Below, in pieces: positions 34,997 through 44,884 of a DNA stretch of 64,000 nt. Position 1 is the first letter of the stretch. Each line of letters starts with the position of its first letter. Origin of the DNA: an uncultured Gammaproteobacteria bacterium (GTDB lineage: Bacteria; Patescibacteriota; Patescibacteriia; VMEV01; CAYQCH01); the NCBI GenBank assembly GCA_964503955.1, contig CAZDCG010000002.1, forward strand, positions 205,047-269,046, given 5' to 3'. A program made the position numbers and the translations under genes. The notes under the pieces are model-generated. The model saw only the letters and a list, made by a program, of their open reading frames with translations. It had not been told where the DNA came from and did no database searches.

Positions 34997-37401
34997 ATGC
35001 TATGCCCCTCAAGCAGTATCAAAGCAAACGGCGCTTTTCAGAAACTCCTGAACCGCGAGGCAAAAGTACCCCAAAGAAAAAAGGGAAACGGTTCTGCGTG
35101 CAGAAACATGCCGCGTCTCACGTGCATTTCGATTTCCGCGTTGAAATAAACGGAGTGCTCAAAAGCTGGGCTGTCCCAAAAGGCCCATCGATGAATCCCT
35201 CTGACAAACGCATGGCGCTGCTTGTCGAAGACCATCCGCTTGATTATCTTTCCTTTGAAGGTTATATCCCGCAAGGGAATTACGGAGCCGGCAAGGTGAT
35301 TGTCTGGGATATTGGAACGTTTCAGCCGCTAACGGGGAAATCTCCAGCAATGCAGTTCAAGCAGGGAGTGATGCACTTCGTACTTGAGGGGAAGAAATTG
35401 CGAGGGGAATTTACCTTGATTAAAACAGGAAAAGAGAAGCAATGGCTCCTGATCAAAAAAAGTGATCAGTACATTTCAAAGCAAAATTTCCGTTTGAATA
35501 TCGATTCAGCTCTTTCGCATTCGACCCTGCTTGATAAGCGAGAATCGCACCCGGAGCATAAAAAGAAGATGCCGGCATTCTTTTCACCCATGCTTGCCAC
35601 CCTCGTGGACGAAGCGTTTGATGACAAAGGATGGGACTTTGAACTTAAATGGGACGGATATAGAGCTTTGGCATTTATCGACAAAAAAACACATCTTTTT
35701 TCCAGGCGGGGAATCCTTTATGATCGCAAATATCCTGAAATTCTTGAAGCTGTTTCATTCATCTCCGAGCGAGCTATCCTAGACGGAGAAATTATTGCTC
35801 TTGATGAGAAAGGAAAACCGAGTTTTCAGCTGCTGCAAAATCCGGAAAAACCTAAAGCGCTGCAATATATTGTTTTCGATCTTTTATTTTTGCACGGCAA
35901 GGATTTGCGAACCTATCCGTACCGGGAACGGAGAAACCTCCTTGAATCCATCCTCCCTAAGCATGACCCAAGGCTTGTATTGAGTCCGGTTGTAGAAAGA
36001 GCCGGCAAGAAGCTGCTAAAAGAATCCATCAAACGGGGATTTGAAGGGGTGATCGGCAAAAAGAACGATTCCATCTATGTCCCGGGGAAACGTTCCGCTG
36101 AATGGGTAAAGGTGAAAACCACGCATCGCCAGGAAGCGGTTATCGGTGGTTTTACGCGGCCCAAAGGATCTCGAAAGGGATTTGGATCCTTGCTTCTGGG
36201 CATCTACAAAAAGCATAGGTTAATCTATGCAGGAAATTGCGGAACCGGGTTTGATGACCGGCTCATTCAGGATCTCCATCGCCATCTTGAAAAGGTGGTT
36301 ATTTCTCAATCACCGTTTGCGGATTATCAGCACGATAAAAACGCGGTCTGGGTAAAACCAAAGCTGCTTTGCGAGGTGAAATTCACTGAATGGACCAAGG
36401 AAGGGAAAATGCGCCATCCGGTCTTTATTGGATTAAGGCAGGATAAACCAGCAAAGGAGGTTAACAGGGAACAGCCAAAGCAGAGAAATACCAAAAGAAC
36501 ATTTAATTTTCTTACCCATCAGGACAAAGTCTTTTGGCCGGAGGAAGGCTATACCAAAGGCGATTTGCTGGCGTACTATCAGGCGGTCCACTCGTTCATT
36601 TTGCCGTATCTGAGGGACAGGCCATTATCCATGCTTCGCCACCCAAACGGTATAAAGGGCAAGAGCTTCTTTCAAAAGAATGTTGAATATGACGTGCCGG
36701 ATTTCATGGAGACAAGAAAGATCCGTTCTGAACATGAAGGCAGGGCTATACGTTATCTCATCGCCAATAATCTCGAAGCACTTTTGTATGTGGTAAATCT
36801 AGGCTGTATCGAGTTAAATCCCTGGAATTCAAGGATTGAGTCTCTTGATCATCCAGATTATCTGATCATTGATATTGATCCTTCAACGAATGGATTCAAG
36901 GATGTTGTGCAGGTAGCAAAAACCGCTAGAAAGGTTCTTGATGAAGCCTGTGTCGAATCCTACTGCAAAACATCCGGAAAGCGGGGATTGCATGTGCTTG
37001 TGCCCATGCCCATGGGAGCAGCTTATACGTACGAGCAGACCAGGGTTTTTGCTGAATTGCTGGCGAATGTTATTCATGCTGAGCTGCCGGGTCTCACCAG
37101 CGTCGAGCGTTCACCAGCCAAACGAAAAGGAAAAATCTATCTGGATTTTCTTCAGAATCGCAAAGCGCAGACGCTGGCATCGCCGTATTGCGCGCGTCCG
37201 TGGCCCGGAGCGACTGTTTCCGCCCCATTGGAGTGGAAGGAAGTAAATAGCCGGCTGAACCCCGCGAAGTTTACCATCAAAACCATGCCTGACCGGCTGA
37301 AAAGAAGAGGGGACCTCTGGGAGGGAATGCTGGAACAGAAAACGGATTTAGATTATGCCGTAAGCTGCTTAGAACGATATCTGAAGAAGAGAAGATCATA
37401 A
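34993..37401 (+). CDS. ligD: NHEJ DNA ligase D (phosphoesterase-ligase-polymerase)
   Basis: QKHAASHVHFDFR (PE), ELKWDGYR (ligase), DIDP and KTSGKRGLH (polymerase). Confidence 0.95.
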   Translation: MNAMPLKQYQSKRRFSETPEPRGKSTPKKKGKRFCVQKHAASHVHFDFRVEINGVLKSWAVPKGPSMNPSDKRMALLVEDHPLDYLSFEGYIPQGNYGAGKVIVWDIGTFQPLTGKSPAMQFKQGVMHFVLEGKKLRGEFTLIKTGKEKQWLLIKKSDQYISKQNFRLNIDSALSHSTLLDKRESHPEHKKKMPAFFSPMLATLVDEAFDDKGWDFELKWDGYRALAFIDKKTHLFSRRGILYDRKYPEILEAVSFISERAILDGEIIALDEKGKPSFQLLQNPEKPKALQYIVFDLLFLHGKDLRTYPYRERRNLLESILPKHDPRLVLSPVVERAGKKLLKESIKRGFEGVIGKKNDSIYVPGKRSAEWVKVKTTHRQEAVIGGFTRPKGSRKGFGSLLLGIYKKHRLIYAGNCGTGFDDRLIQDLHRHLEKVVISQSPFADYQHDKNAVWVKPKLLCEVKFTEWTKEGKMRHPVFIGLRQDKPAKEVNREQPKQRNTKRTFNFLTHQDKVFWPEEGYTKGDLLAYYQAVHSFILPYLRDRPLSMLRHPNGIKGKSFFQKNVEYDVPDFMETRKIRSEHEGRAIRYLIANNLEALLYVVNLGCIELNPWNSRIESLDHPDYLIIDIDPSTNGFKDVVQVAKTARKVLDEACVESYCKTSGKRGLHVLVPMPMGAAYTYEQTRVFAELLANVIHAELPGLTSVERSPAKRKGKIYLDFLQNRKAQTLASPYCARPWPGATVSAPLEWKEVNSRLNPAKFTIKTMPDRLKRRGDLWEGMLEQKTDLDYAVSCLERYLKKRRS

Positions 37402-37453
37402 ATGATGCAGGATTTCTCAGGTCCGGGCTTGTTCGCCTGGTGTCTGGCGCATC

Positions 37454-37507
37454 AAAAAGCCGGAATGCAGCGGCGCAACGAATTACGCTCGTACATTCCG
37501 GCTTTTT
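37454..37507. terminator. Bidirectional terminator between ligD and tRNA-Tyr
   Basis: AAAAAGCCGGAATG...CATTCCGGCTTTTT. Confidence 0.7.
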
Positions 37508-37508
37508 G

Positions 37509-37594
37509 TGGTGGGCCGGGAGGGATTCGAACCCCCGAAGGCTGATGCCAGCAGATTTACAGTCTGCCCCGTTTGACCGCTTCGGTACCGACCC
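37509..37594 (-). tRNA. tRNA-Tyr (GTA)
   Basis: GCAGA-CT-GTA-AA-TCTGC anticodon arm, long variable arm, GGTTCGAATCC, CCA. Confidence 0.96.
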
Positions 37595-37708
37595 TTGAAG
37601 ATAAAAAACATGGTGCTCCTTTGCACCAGTTATAGGCAAAGTATATGAGAAAAGCAGGTATTAGTCAATTTGGCGAATGTTTTGTATAGTCAGACGCAAG
37701 GAGGGCTT

Positions 37709-37918
37709 GTGAAGGACATTCGGTATTTCTTGTTTATTCCTTCCAAACTTGACCCGGAGGAAATCACAGCCGATCTTGAGGATATGGGGCTTAAGGCTTC
37801 CGCGGATCCGGAGGGGACGCTGGTGTACGTTTACAGCAGTATGGCGGCCACCACCATTATCCATCTCGAGAGGCTGCATGGTATCCTGTCATTCACGCCG
37901 GACCAGGTAACCATGTGA
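37709..37918 (+). CDS. Small hypothetical protein
   Basis: SD AAGGAGG before GTG 37709; 69 codons. Confidence 0.5.
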   Translation: MKDIRYFLFIPSKLDPEEITADLEDMGLKASADPEGTLVYVYSSMAATTIIHLERLHGILSFTPDQVTM

Positions 37919-38138
37919 GAGTGAGCAAGGGGGCAAGGGGCTTGCGGTCAAGCGGGCCCCCCGCTTAGACTATTGCAAAACAAGAGGGTTTCTGGTATGA
38001 TTCGATTAACTGGCAGCCATGCCGGTTTTTCATATCTATCCTTGATTCCAAGGTTGTAGGCCTGCCTGAGCCGTTCCCTATAAACAGGCCCTCTAGAAGA
38101 ATCGATTATACGGCGGGGAGCAGAAGAGAGCGTATTGT

Positions 38139-38214
38139 GCCGGGATAGCTCAGCTGGTAGAGCAGCTGTTTTGTAAACAGCGGGTCGCAGGTTCGAATCC
38201 TGTTCCCGGCTCCA
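38139..38214 (+). tRNA. tRNA-Thr (TGT)
   Basis: GCCGGGA..CTGTT-TT-TGT-AA-ACAG anticodon region, GGTTCGAATCC, CCA. Confidence 0.95.
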
Positions 38215-38298
38215 TCTTTCTTCTCTCTTTCTCGTCGTCATCGATTAGAGGCCGGCTCAGGCAGCAGCTTACGTGAATGTGTTAATTCTGATACACTT

Positions 38299-38454
38299 AT
38301 GTCACAAGACAATCTCGCAAAGCTCGAGTGCACATCTTGTAAGCGCGTGAACTATCACAGTCACCGCAATAAGAAACGCGTGAAAGAAAAGCTCTTGCTC
38401 AGCAAGTTCTGCAAACACTGCGTGAAGCACGTCGAGCACAAAGAAGTTAAATAA
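38299..38454 (+). CDS. rpmG: 50S ribosomal protein L33 (Zn-binding type)
   Basis: Manual translation MSQDNLAKLECTSCKRVNYHSHRNKKRVKEKLLLSKFCKHCVKHVEHKEVK (below the ORF-track cutoff). Confidence 0.95.
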   Translation: MSQDNLAKLECTSCKRVNYHSHRNKKRVKEKLLLSKFCKHCVKHVEHKEVK

Positions 38455-38474
38455 ACAAACATTGAGGCGGGGAT

Positions 38475-39539
38475 ATGAAAGAGATCAAAAAATTGCCTTC
38501 CTATTTCCTGATTGCTTTGGTTCTGGCCAGCTTGTACTTCGCTTACATCCTGTTCAGGCCCTTTATCGCAGTCATCGTGATGGGGGCAATTTTTGCGTTG
38601 ATGCTGCACTGGCTCTACAAATGGCTGCTTGCAAAGCTCAAAGGACGCGACTCTCTTGCGGCCCTTTTGACGGTGCTGGCTTTTGTGCTGGTGATTATTA
38701 TTCCGGTAGGGAATTTTGTCGCATTGCTGGTCAAAGAGAGCATTGATTCGCTGCCGAAACTTGAGCAGCGCATCGCAAGCGGCGAAGTTTCTGAGGCATT
38801 CAACCAAACAGTTGATCAGTTAAAAGTCTGGCAGGAACGTTTCCTGCCCTTTGTTGATTTCAGCTCAATCGACTTCCGTGCATTGATTCTTGATATTGGC
38901 CGCAAATTCTCAAATTTCATTGTCGCGAACGCGTCTGTCATTCTGAGCGGAACAACCAATTTCATCATCAGCCTGTTCTTCATGCTGATCACAATGTACT
39001 ACCTGCTTAAAGACGGAGAGCGGTTTGTTGTACGCGTGATGAAGCTTACGCCGATGCCGAGCAAGTACGATGTGCGCTTATTTGAGAAATTCCGCGATAT
39101 GAGCCGCTCCACCGTGCTTGGTTCACTGGTAACGGCGGTCGCTCAAGGCATCCTGGCATCAATCGCATACGCGATTGCGGGGCTTCCTCCGCTCTTTTTA
39201 GGTGTTGCAACCGGCGTCGCCTCGCTGATTCCCGTGGTGGGAACAGGGCTCGTCTGGGTACCTGTTGCGATTGTCCTGGCTATTGCCGGCAAATGGTTTG
39301 CCGCAATTTTCCTGGCTGCCTATGGAGTCCTTGTCATCGGCCTTTCGGACAATATCATCCGAACCTATGTCATCGGTTCAAAAACCAAGATTCATCCATT
39401 GCTGATCTTCTTCAGCATTTTTGGCGGTGTAGCCCTTTGGGGAGTGCTTGGCATCATCTTTGGACCGCTGCTGCTTTCTATGATCCTGACTGTCTTTCAT
39501 ATTTACGAACTTGAATACGATACTCTTTTAGAGAAATAG
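38475..39539 (+). CDS. AI-2E family transporter
   Basis: YYLLKDGE, SLIPVVGT, DNIIR, HPLLIFFSIFGG..GIIFGP. Confidence 0.9.
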   Translation: MKEIKKLPSYFLIALVLASLYFAYILFRPFIAVIVMGAIFALMLHWLYKWLLAKLKGRDSLAALLTVLAFVLVIIIPVGNFVALLVKESIDSLPKLEQRIASGEVSEAFNQTVDQLKVWQERFLPFVDFSSIDFRALILDIGRKFSNFIVANASVILSGTTNFIISLFFMLITMYYLLKDGERFVVRVMKLTPMPSKYDVRLFEKFRDMSRSTVLGSLVTAVAQGILASIAYAIAGLPPLFLGVATGVASLIPVVGTGLVWVPVAIVLAIAGKWFAAIFLAAYGVLVIGLSDNIIRTYVIGSKTKIHPLLIFFSIFGGVALWGVLGIIFGPLLLSMILTVFHIYELEYDTLLEK

Positions 39540-39543
39540 ATCT

Positions 39544-40605
39544 ATGGCGGAAGAAACAACAAATAAAAAGGAGGAAATGATGAAAACGGAAGAGCCGGTT
39601 GCTGATCAGCCTGCAAAATCAGAGAAAGAAAAGTCTACGGCAAAAAAGAAGCCGAAGTCTGCGGCGAAAAAACCCGCGAAAAAATCCGTGAAGACCAGGC
39701 CGGCTGCTGAGAAAGCGGCAAAATCCGAGTTGAAGGAAACCGCGGCGAAGAAGCCTCTGACATTCGCCCAGGATCAGAAGAAGGTGACGATCACAAAAAA
39801 AGCAAAGAAAGGCTCGTTTGCGGCCATTTTCGTCGCGATTATTGTCTTTCTATTCTTGTCAGCGGCATTGTATCAGACCAGGCAATTATCTCAGCAGAGC
39901 AAAATGGAAGTTTCTTCTATCCGAGAAGACGTCACAAGCGAAGTAGATTCTCTGAAAAGCCATTTGCAGACCATTGCAGATGAGTTAAAACAGCAAAAGC
40001 TTAAAGAGTCTGAACAGGTATTTACTGTCTATACGAATGATGTCTTGGGCGTCTCTTTTCAATATCCGCCAGAAATGGGGGAAGTGACAGAAGAAGCCGT
40101 TGCATCAAGCGGAGAAGGTGATGACAGTTCTGAAATCGTCACGTTGAGCTTTACGAATAATCCGGATATCTGGCTCATCCTCAGCACGGAAAACGCTCAA
40201 TCAGAAGACCCGCTCGTCTATGCCGGCGGTGAAGCTGATCTCTCGCAACTCTGCGTTGATCCGCTTGCGATTGCGGATCGCTCGTATTGCGACCGCATCG
40301 TTGTCTCCGGACAATCAACGCATAGCCTTGTCTTTACGATCGGTGAAGAGGAACAAATCGACGGTGTTGTCAAAACCGTCCCGCTTAACGCAAGCGGTCC
40401 ATACAAAGGCATGACAATCAATCTGGCATTAGGCAAGCCTCCTGTGAGAGGAAGAAACCTATTCGCGCCGCAGAATGCGTCCGATGAGACAGTGGTGCTT
40501 GAAGATTTCCTCAGAAATCTAATTAAACGGGAGAAGCTTTCTCTGATTGTAAAAGAAAATCTGGAAGCTTTTGATAAAATCGTTGAGACAATTCAGGTTA
40601 AGTAG
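39544..40605 (+). CDS. Hypothetical membrane-anchored protein with Lys/Ala-rich N-terminus
   Basis: KKPA-rich N-terminus, one TM helix, coiled coil, GVSFQYP motif. Confidence 0.6.
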   Translation: MAEETTNKKEEMMKTEEPVADQPAKSEKEKSTAKKKPKSAAKKPAKKSVKTRPAAEKAAKSELKETAAKKPLTFAQDQKKVTITKKAKKGSFAAIFVAIIVFLFLSAALYQTRQLSQQSKMEVSSIREDVTSEVDSLKSHLQTIADELKQQKLKESEQVFTVYTNDVLGVSFQYPPEMGEVTEEAVASSGEGDDSSEIVTLSFTNNPDIWLILSTENAQSEDPLVYAGGEADLSQLCVDPLAIADRSYCDRIVVSGQSTHSLVFTIGEEEQIDGVVKTVPLNASGPYKGMTINLALGKPPVRGRNLFAPQNASDETVVLEDFLRNLIKREKLSLIVKENLEAFDKIVETIQVK

Positions 40606-40679
40606 ATCAAATGAAAAAACAGCTCCATGCGGTGCTGTTTTTATTTGATATCAAGTACTTGTTTGCTCCGGAAGTTGAG

Positions 40680-40753
40680 TGGCACGGGCGCTAGGACTCG
40701 AACCTAGAATGGCGGTTTTGGAGACCGCAGTGTTACCATTACACCACGCCCGC
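40680..40753 (-). tRNA. tRNA-Trp (CCA)
   Basis: GCGGT-CT-CCA-AA-ACCGC anticodon arm, GGTTCGAGTCC, CCA. Confidence 0.95.
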
Positions 40754-40832
40754 AGAGAGTATGCTACACTGTTATGAGCGATGTGTTGAGATATTACCCT
40801 ATCACTGATCGACTGTAAAGAACGCTGTTTCT

Positions 40833-41465
40833 ATGTTTAAAGACCGTACAGAAGCCGCGGAGCTTCTTGCCGATTATATCTTAGACTTTAACTGGCGCGA
40901 CCCTGTTGTGATCGCTTTGCCAAGAGGCGGGGTGCCGGTCGGAGAGGTTATTGCCCGCAAACTGAAGGCTCCTCTTGATCTTGTTGTGCCAAGAAAAATA
41001 GGAAATCCGAAGAATCCGGAGTATGCGCAAGGAGCGATAACGGAAACGGGAGACTTTATTCTCAATCCTGATCACCCGGAAATTTTTTCTGAGCCCTGGT
41101 TTGAAGAAGTGATTAAAAAAGAACAGGAAGAAGCCCAACGAAGAATGGCGCTCTATCTTGGAGGACGAAAAAGAATTCCGCTGAAAAACCGGCAAGTCAT
41201 CCTCGTGGACGACGGCATGGCAACTGGCTTAACCATGCGCGCTGCGATACAATCAATACGCCACCAAAAACCCAGAAGCATAACGGTTGCCGTTCCTGTT
41301 GCTCCTCCTGAAGTGGTCGCCGATATCGGCCGCCAGGCAGATCATGTGATCTGCATCAAGCGCCCGAAAATTTTCATGGCAGTGGGCGCTCACTATCAGG
41401 ATTTCCCCCAGATCACCGATGATCAGGTGATCTCAATCATGAAAACAAAAAAGAATCGTTTATGA
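40833..41465 (+). CDS. Phosphoribosyltransferase family protein
   Basis: FKDRTEA, ALPRGGVP, VILVDDGMATG, AVGAHY. Confidence 0.9.
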   Translation: MFKDRTEAAELLADYILDFNWRDPVVIALPRGGVPVGEVIARKLKAPLDLVVPRKIGNPKNPEYAQGAITETGDFILNPDHPEIFSEPWFEEVIKKEQEEAQRRMALYLGGRKRIPLKNRQVILVDDGMATGLTMRAAIQSIRHQKPRSITVAVPVAPPEVVADIGRQADHVICIKRPKIFMAVGAHYQDFPQITDDQVISIMKTKKNRL

Positions 41466-42331
41466 TCATTGCGACATCGTTTAGCAGCCAGCTGGCAAAG
41501 AAGGTTGCTCAACGAACAAAAACGCCACTGATGACCGTAAAACGCGGTTTATTTCCTGATGGAGAGCGGTACTACCGTTTGGTCTACCGCCGGCAGCCAA
41601 GATCGGCCTATTTGATCGGTGCCGTCACGCATGATCCGGAATCGCTGTTTGAATTGATTTGTCTGGCAGAAGCGGCGCAGCAGAACGGTATCGCTCTTAA
41701 GTCAGTGATTATCCCGTACCTTGCCTATGGCCGCCAGGATGATATTTACGAGAAAGGGGAGCCGATCATGGCCCAATGCATCGCTCATGCGCTGACCAGA
41801 ATTCCCGCGGTTCGGTTTCACGTTATTTCTTTGCATAGCGATAAAGTACGCGATTATTTAGGGCCGCATGACGAAATCGATGCCCTGGACCTTGTTAAAA
41901 AACGCATTCGTTTCAATAAGTATTCCACCATTGTCGCGCCGGATGAAGGAGCGGCCAAGCGCGCGCATGCGGTAGCGCAACCGACTCAGCGCGTGATCGT
42001 TTTGCCAAAAACACGCAAGAATAAGCTGAATATTTTACGGCCCGCAATTACTCTGCCTGATCTTCGTGGAGAGCACGTGTTAATCGTGGATGATATGATC
42101 GATACCGGCAAGACAATGCTGACGGCAGTCGCTTTGCTTAAGAAAGCCGGAGTCAAGCAAATTGATCTTGCGGCAGCTCACGCAGTTTGGTCGCCTAATG
42201 CCGTGAAGTTGCTCCGAGAAAAAATCGTTTCAAATCTGTATTTCACCAATTCTCTCAATGTCAAGAAACATCCAAAAATGCGCATCATTGATCTATCCGA
42301 AGTGATTGCTGAGCGTATAAGCCGCATATGA
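41462..42331 (+). CDS. Ribose-phosphate pyrophosphokinase-like protein
   Basis: FPDGE, PYLAYGRQD, APDEGA, IVDDMIDTGKT. Confidence 0.85.
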   Translation: MIIATSFSSQLAKKVAQRTKTPLMTVKRGLFPDGERYYRLVYRRQPRSAYLIGAVTHDPESLFELICLAEAAQQNGIALKSVIIPYLAYGRQDDIYEKGEPIMAQCIAHALTRIPAVRFHVISLHSDKVRDYLGPHDEIDALDLVKKRIRFNKYSTIVAPDEGAAKRAHAVAQPTQRVIVLPKTRKNKLNILRPAITLPDLRGEHVLIVDDMIDTGKTMLTAVALLKKAGVKQIDLAAAHAVWSPNAVKLLREKIVSNLYFTNSLNVKKHPKMRIIDLSEVIAERISRI

Positions 42332-42966
42332 CGCAGGAGCATAAGAAATCGCTAGGCTTCCTTCGCCTGCCATTAAGTGTTGATGGTTTTGTTTCACGAA
42401 AACTCATACACATAGGTGTGAGCCTCTTCTTTGCTGTTCTTTCCTTTCATGCAAATCCGGAATATCTTATGCCGCTTGCGGGAGCCGCTTGTCTGGTGAT
42501 ATTTGCGATTGAGTCAGTCCGCCTTTCCACGCCGGTGAAAGAAGTCATCAACGGAGCCATGGACCCCATCCTGAAAAACCGTGAAAAAAAGCAATTCACT
42601 TCCGTTTTTTGGAGCGCGATTGCAGCGTTTGTCGGCAGCGCATTCGGCAATCCGCTGGCAATAAGCTATGGGTTTGCGGTCTTTGCGCTGGCTGATCCTG
42701 CCGCCGCGGTGATCGGGCGTCAAATCAAAGGGCCGAAACTTCATCAAAAAAAGACATTACTCGGCTTTTTTGCTTTTTTCTTCGTTGCATCCGCGATAAC
42801 GCTCTTCTACTTATCATTTGCACATTATGTCGGCAATAGCTATCTAGCAGCTCTTGCCGCCGGCTTGATGCTGGCGACGGTTGAACTGTTCAGCGATAAA
42901 ATCGATGACAATTTCTCAGTGCTTTTATCAGCAACTCTTGTAATGATTTTACTCGCTGGAATATGA
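42328..42966 (+). CDS. CTP-dependent polyprenol/diacylglycerol kinase family membrane protein
   Basis: RKLIH, ADPAAAVIG, KKTLLG, DDNF. Confidence 0.8.
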   Translation: MTQEHKKSLGFLRLPLSVDGFVSRKLIHIGVSLFFAVLSFHANPEYLMPLAGAACLVIFAIESVRLSTPVKEVINGAMDPILKNREKKQFTSVFWSAIAAFVGSAFGNPLAISYGFAVFALADPAAAVIGRQIKGPKLHQKKTLLGFFAFFFVASAITLFYLSFAHYVGNSYLAALAAGLMLATVELFSDKIDDNFSVLLSATLVMILLAGI

Positions 42967-43862
42967 CGAATTTCTGGGTATTGATCGCGGTGGCAGGGTA
43001 TCTTACCATGGCGGTTTCTCAGCTCATCGACAAGGCGTTGCTCAACATTGCGTTCAAGGAGGCAAAATCTTTTGTTTTCCTCATTGGCGCGCTTAACATA
43101 TTCGCCCTGGTTCTGCTTCCATTTGGTGTAAGCTGGGTTTCCTGGCCGTTCTTTGCATGGGCCTGCATTGCGGGAGCCTTGTTCATTTTCGCTCTGATCC
43201 CGTTTCTCTCCTCCTTGCAGGGCGATGACGCGTCCCGCGTTATTCCGCTTGTAGGCGGCCTGGTTCCGCTTTTTTCATTTTTAGGCGAATGGCTGCTCTT
43301 TAACGCCCGATTTTCAGCGCAGCAACAGATAGCCTTTACGCTGCTTGTTGCCGGTTCCGTTGTGCTTACATTCACGCGCGCGCCTGAAAAAAAGCGCTCC
43401 TGGCTTTCTATCATCAAGGCTGTATTTGCCTCATTCTTATTTGCCGCAAGCTTTTTATTGACGGACTACGTATTTTCTCAGACGAGCTTCATCAATGGCT
43501 TCTTCTGGATGAGGGCCGGCTCATTCGGCGCGGCTTTGTTTCTTCTGGCTTCTGCCCAGGTCAGAAAGGGAATTGTCGAGTTTTTCACAAAGCATGGCTT
43601 GGGTATCAAGTCAGCGTATTTTGGAACGCAAGCGCTTAACGGCGCCGGATTTGTGATGCAGAATTACGCGATTAGCCTGGCGAATGTCAGCCTGGTCAAT
43701 GCATTACAGGGGAGCCAGTATCTGTTTATTTTAATTGTTGTTGCGCTTGCGTCCAGATTCAAGCCGGGGATCTTGAACGAACGTATTACCGTCTGGTTAT
43801 TTCTCGAAAAATTGACGGCGGTTTTCTTGATCATTGGAGGAATCGCCTTGCTGACTTTATGA
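42963..43862 (+). CDS. EamA/DMT-like transporter
   Basis: About 10 TM helices, LIDK, SLVNALQG. Confidence 0.75.
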   Translation: MTNFWVLIAVAGYLTMAVSQLIDKALLNIAFKEAKSFVFLIGALNIFALVLLPFGVSWVSWPFFAWACIAGALFIFALIPFLSSLQGDDASRVIPLVGGLVPLFSFLGEWLLFNARFSAQQQIAFTLLVAGSVVLTFTRAPEKKRSWLSIIKAVFASFLFAASFLLTDYVFSQTSFINGFFWMRAGSFGAALFLLASAQVRKGIVEFFTKHGLGIKSAYFGTQALNGAGFVMQNYAISLANVSLVNALQGSQYLFILIVVALASRFKPGILNERITVWLFLEKLTAVFLIIGGIALLTL

Positions 43863-44884
43863 AGCATTCCTGGAAGCGATATCTGCTGAGATTTTTCCTT
43901 TTCTCCGTTCTGCTCATAAGCGCGATCAGCCTGTTTTTGGTTTTACCATTCAAACCTGAGAAGAACGAGAATGCCTTGCTTGGATTTACCTTCAGCGTGA
44001 AAGCGGCAGAATCGCTGGGGCTTGATTGGAAGGCGGCCTACGATGAAATCATCAATGAATTGTCTCCCGATATCGTCCGTATTCCGGTCTACTGGGATAT
44101 TCTCCAGCCGGAAGAAAATAGCTTCTCCTGGGAGCAAACCGACTACCAGCTTGAACGGCTGTTGGACACCGATACCAAGGTTATTCTGGCAGTCGGACAT
44201 AAGCTCCCACGATGGCCGGAATGTCATTTGCCAGCCTGGACAAGCGGCCTTTCGCCGGAGCAGCTGCGTGTCCGGCTTTTTTCAATGGTCGACGAGGTTG
44301 TGCAACGATACAAGGAGCATCCGAATCTTCATTCCTGGCAGGTACAAAATGAATTGCTTTTTCCATTTGGTATATGTCCCGAATGGACCAAGAATCGGAA
44401 GGATTTAAAAGCATTGATCGCTCTTGTGCAGACGCTCGATGCAAATCATCCTGTTACGACTTCAGACAGCGGTGAATTAAGCTCCTGGCTCAGAACGGCG
44501 ACCCTGCCGATCGATGCCTTGAACATCAGCCTTTATCGAGCCGTCTATGGCGACTGGCATGGATATTTTTACTGGCCGGTCAACCCCTATTTCTACCGCC
44601 TGCACGCGGCAATCATGCGTCCATTTGTAGAACAGATCCAAATTTCTGAATTGCAGATGGAGCCATGGGGGCCGGCAGCTGTTCAGGAGCTCAGCACGGC
44701 CGAATCCTACAAATCATTTCATCCGTATCATTTCGCGGATAGAATCGACTTTGCCAAGCGCACGGGTGCTTCGGTAATTCTCGCCTGGGGGGTAGAGTGG
44801 TGGTACTATATGAAAGAATTGCGCGAAGAACCTTTGTATTGGCAAGAAGCGCTCAATGTGTTTCAGCAATCATATGCCGAATAA
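43859..44884 (+). CDS. Membrane-anchored clan GH-A glycoside hydrolase
   Basis: RIPVYW, PRWPECH, WQVQNE (acid/base), ISELQ.EPW (nucleophile). Confidence 0.75.
   Translation: MKHSWKRYLLRFFLFSVLLISAISLFLVLPFKPEKNENALLGFTFSVKAAESLGLDWKAAYDEIINELSPDIVRIPVYWDILQPEENSFSWEQTDYQLERLLDTDTKVILAVGHKLPRWPECHLPAWTSGLSPEQLRVRLFSMVDEVVQRYKEHPNLHSWQVQNELLFPFGICPEWTKNRKDLKALIALVQTLDANHPVTTSDSGELSSWLRTATLPIDALNISLYRAVYGDWHGYFYWPVNPYFYRLHAAIMRPFVEQIQISELQMEPWGPAAVQELSTAESYKSFHPYHFADRIDFAKRTGASVILAWGVEWWYYMKELREEPLYWQEALNVFQQSYAE

Noticed and set aside
40680-40753. Alternative genetic code (UGA recoding)
   Set aside because: Conserved genes are uninterrupted in code 11 and several end in TGA (e.g. dnaJ, ku).
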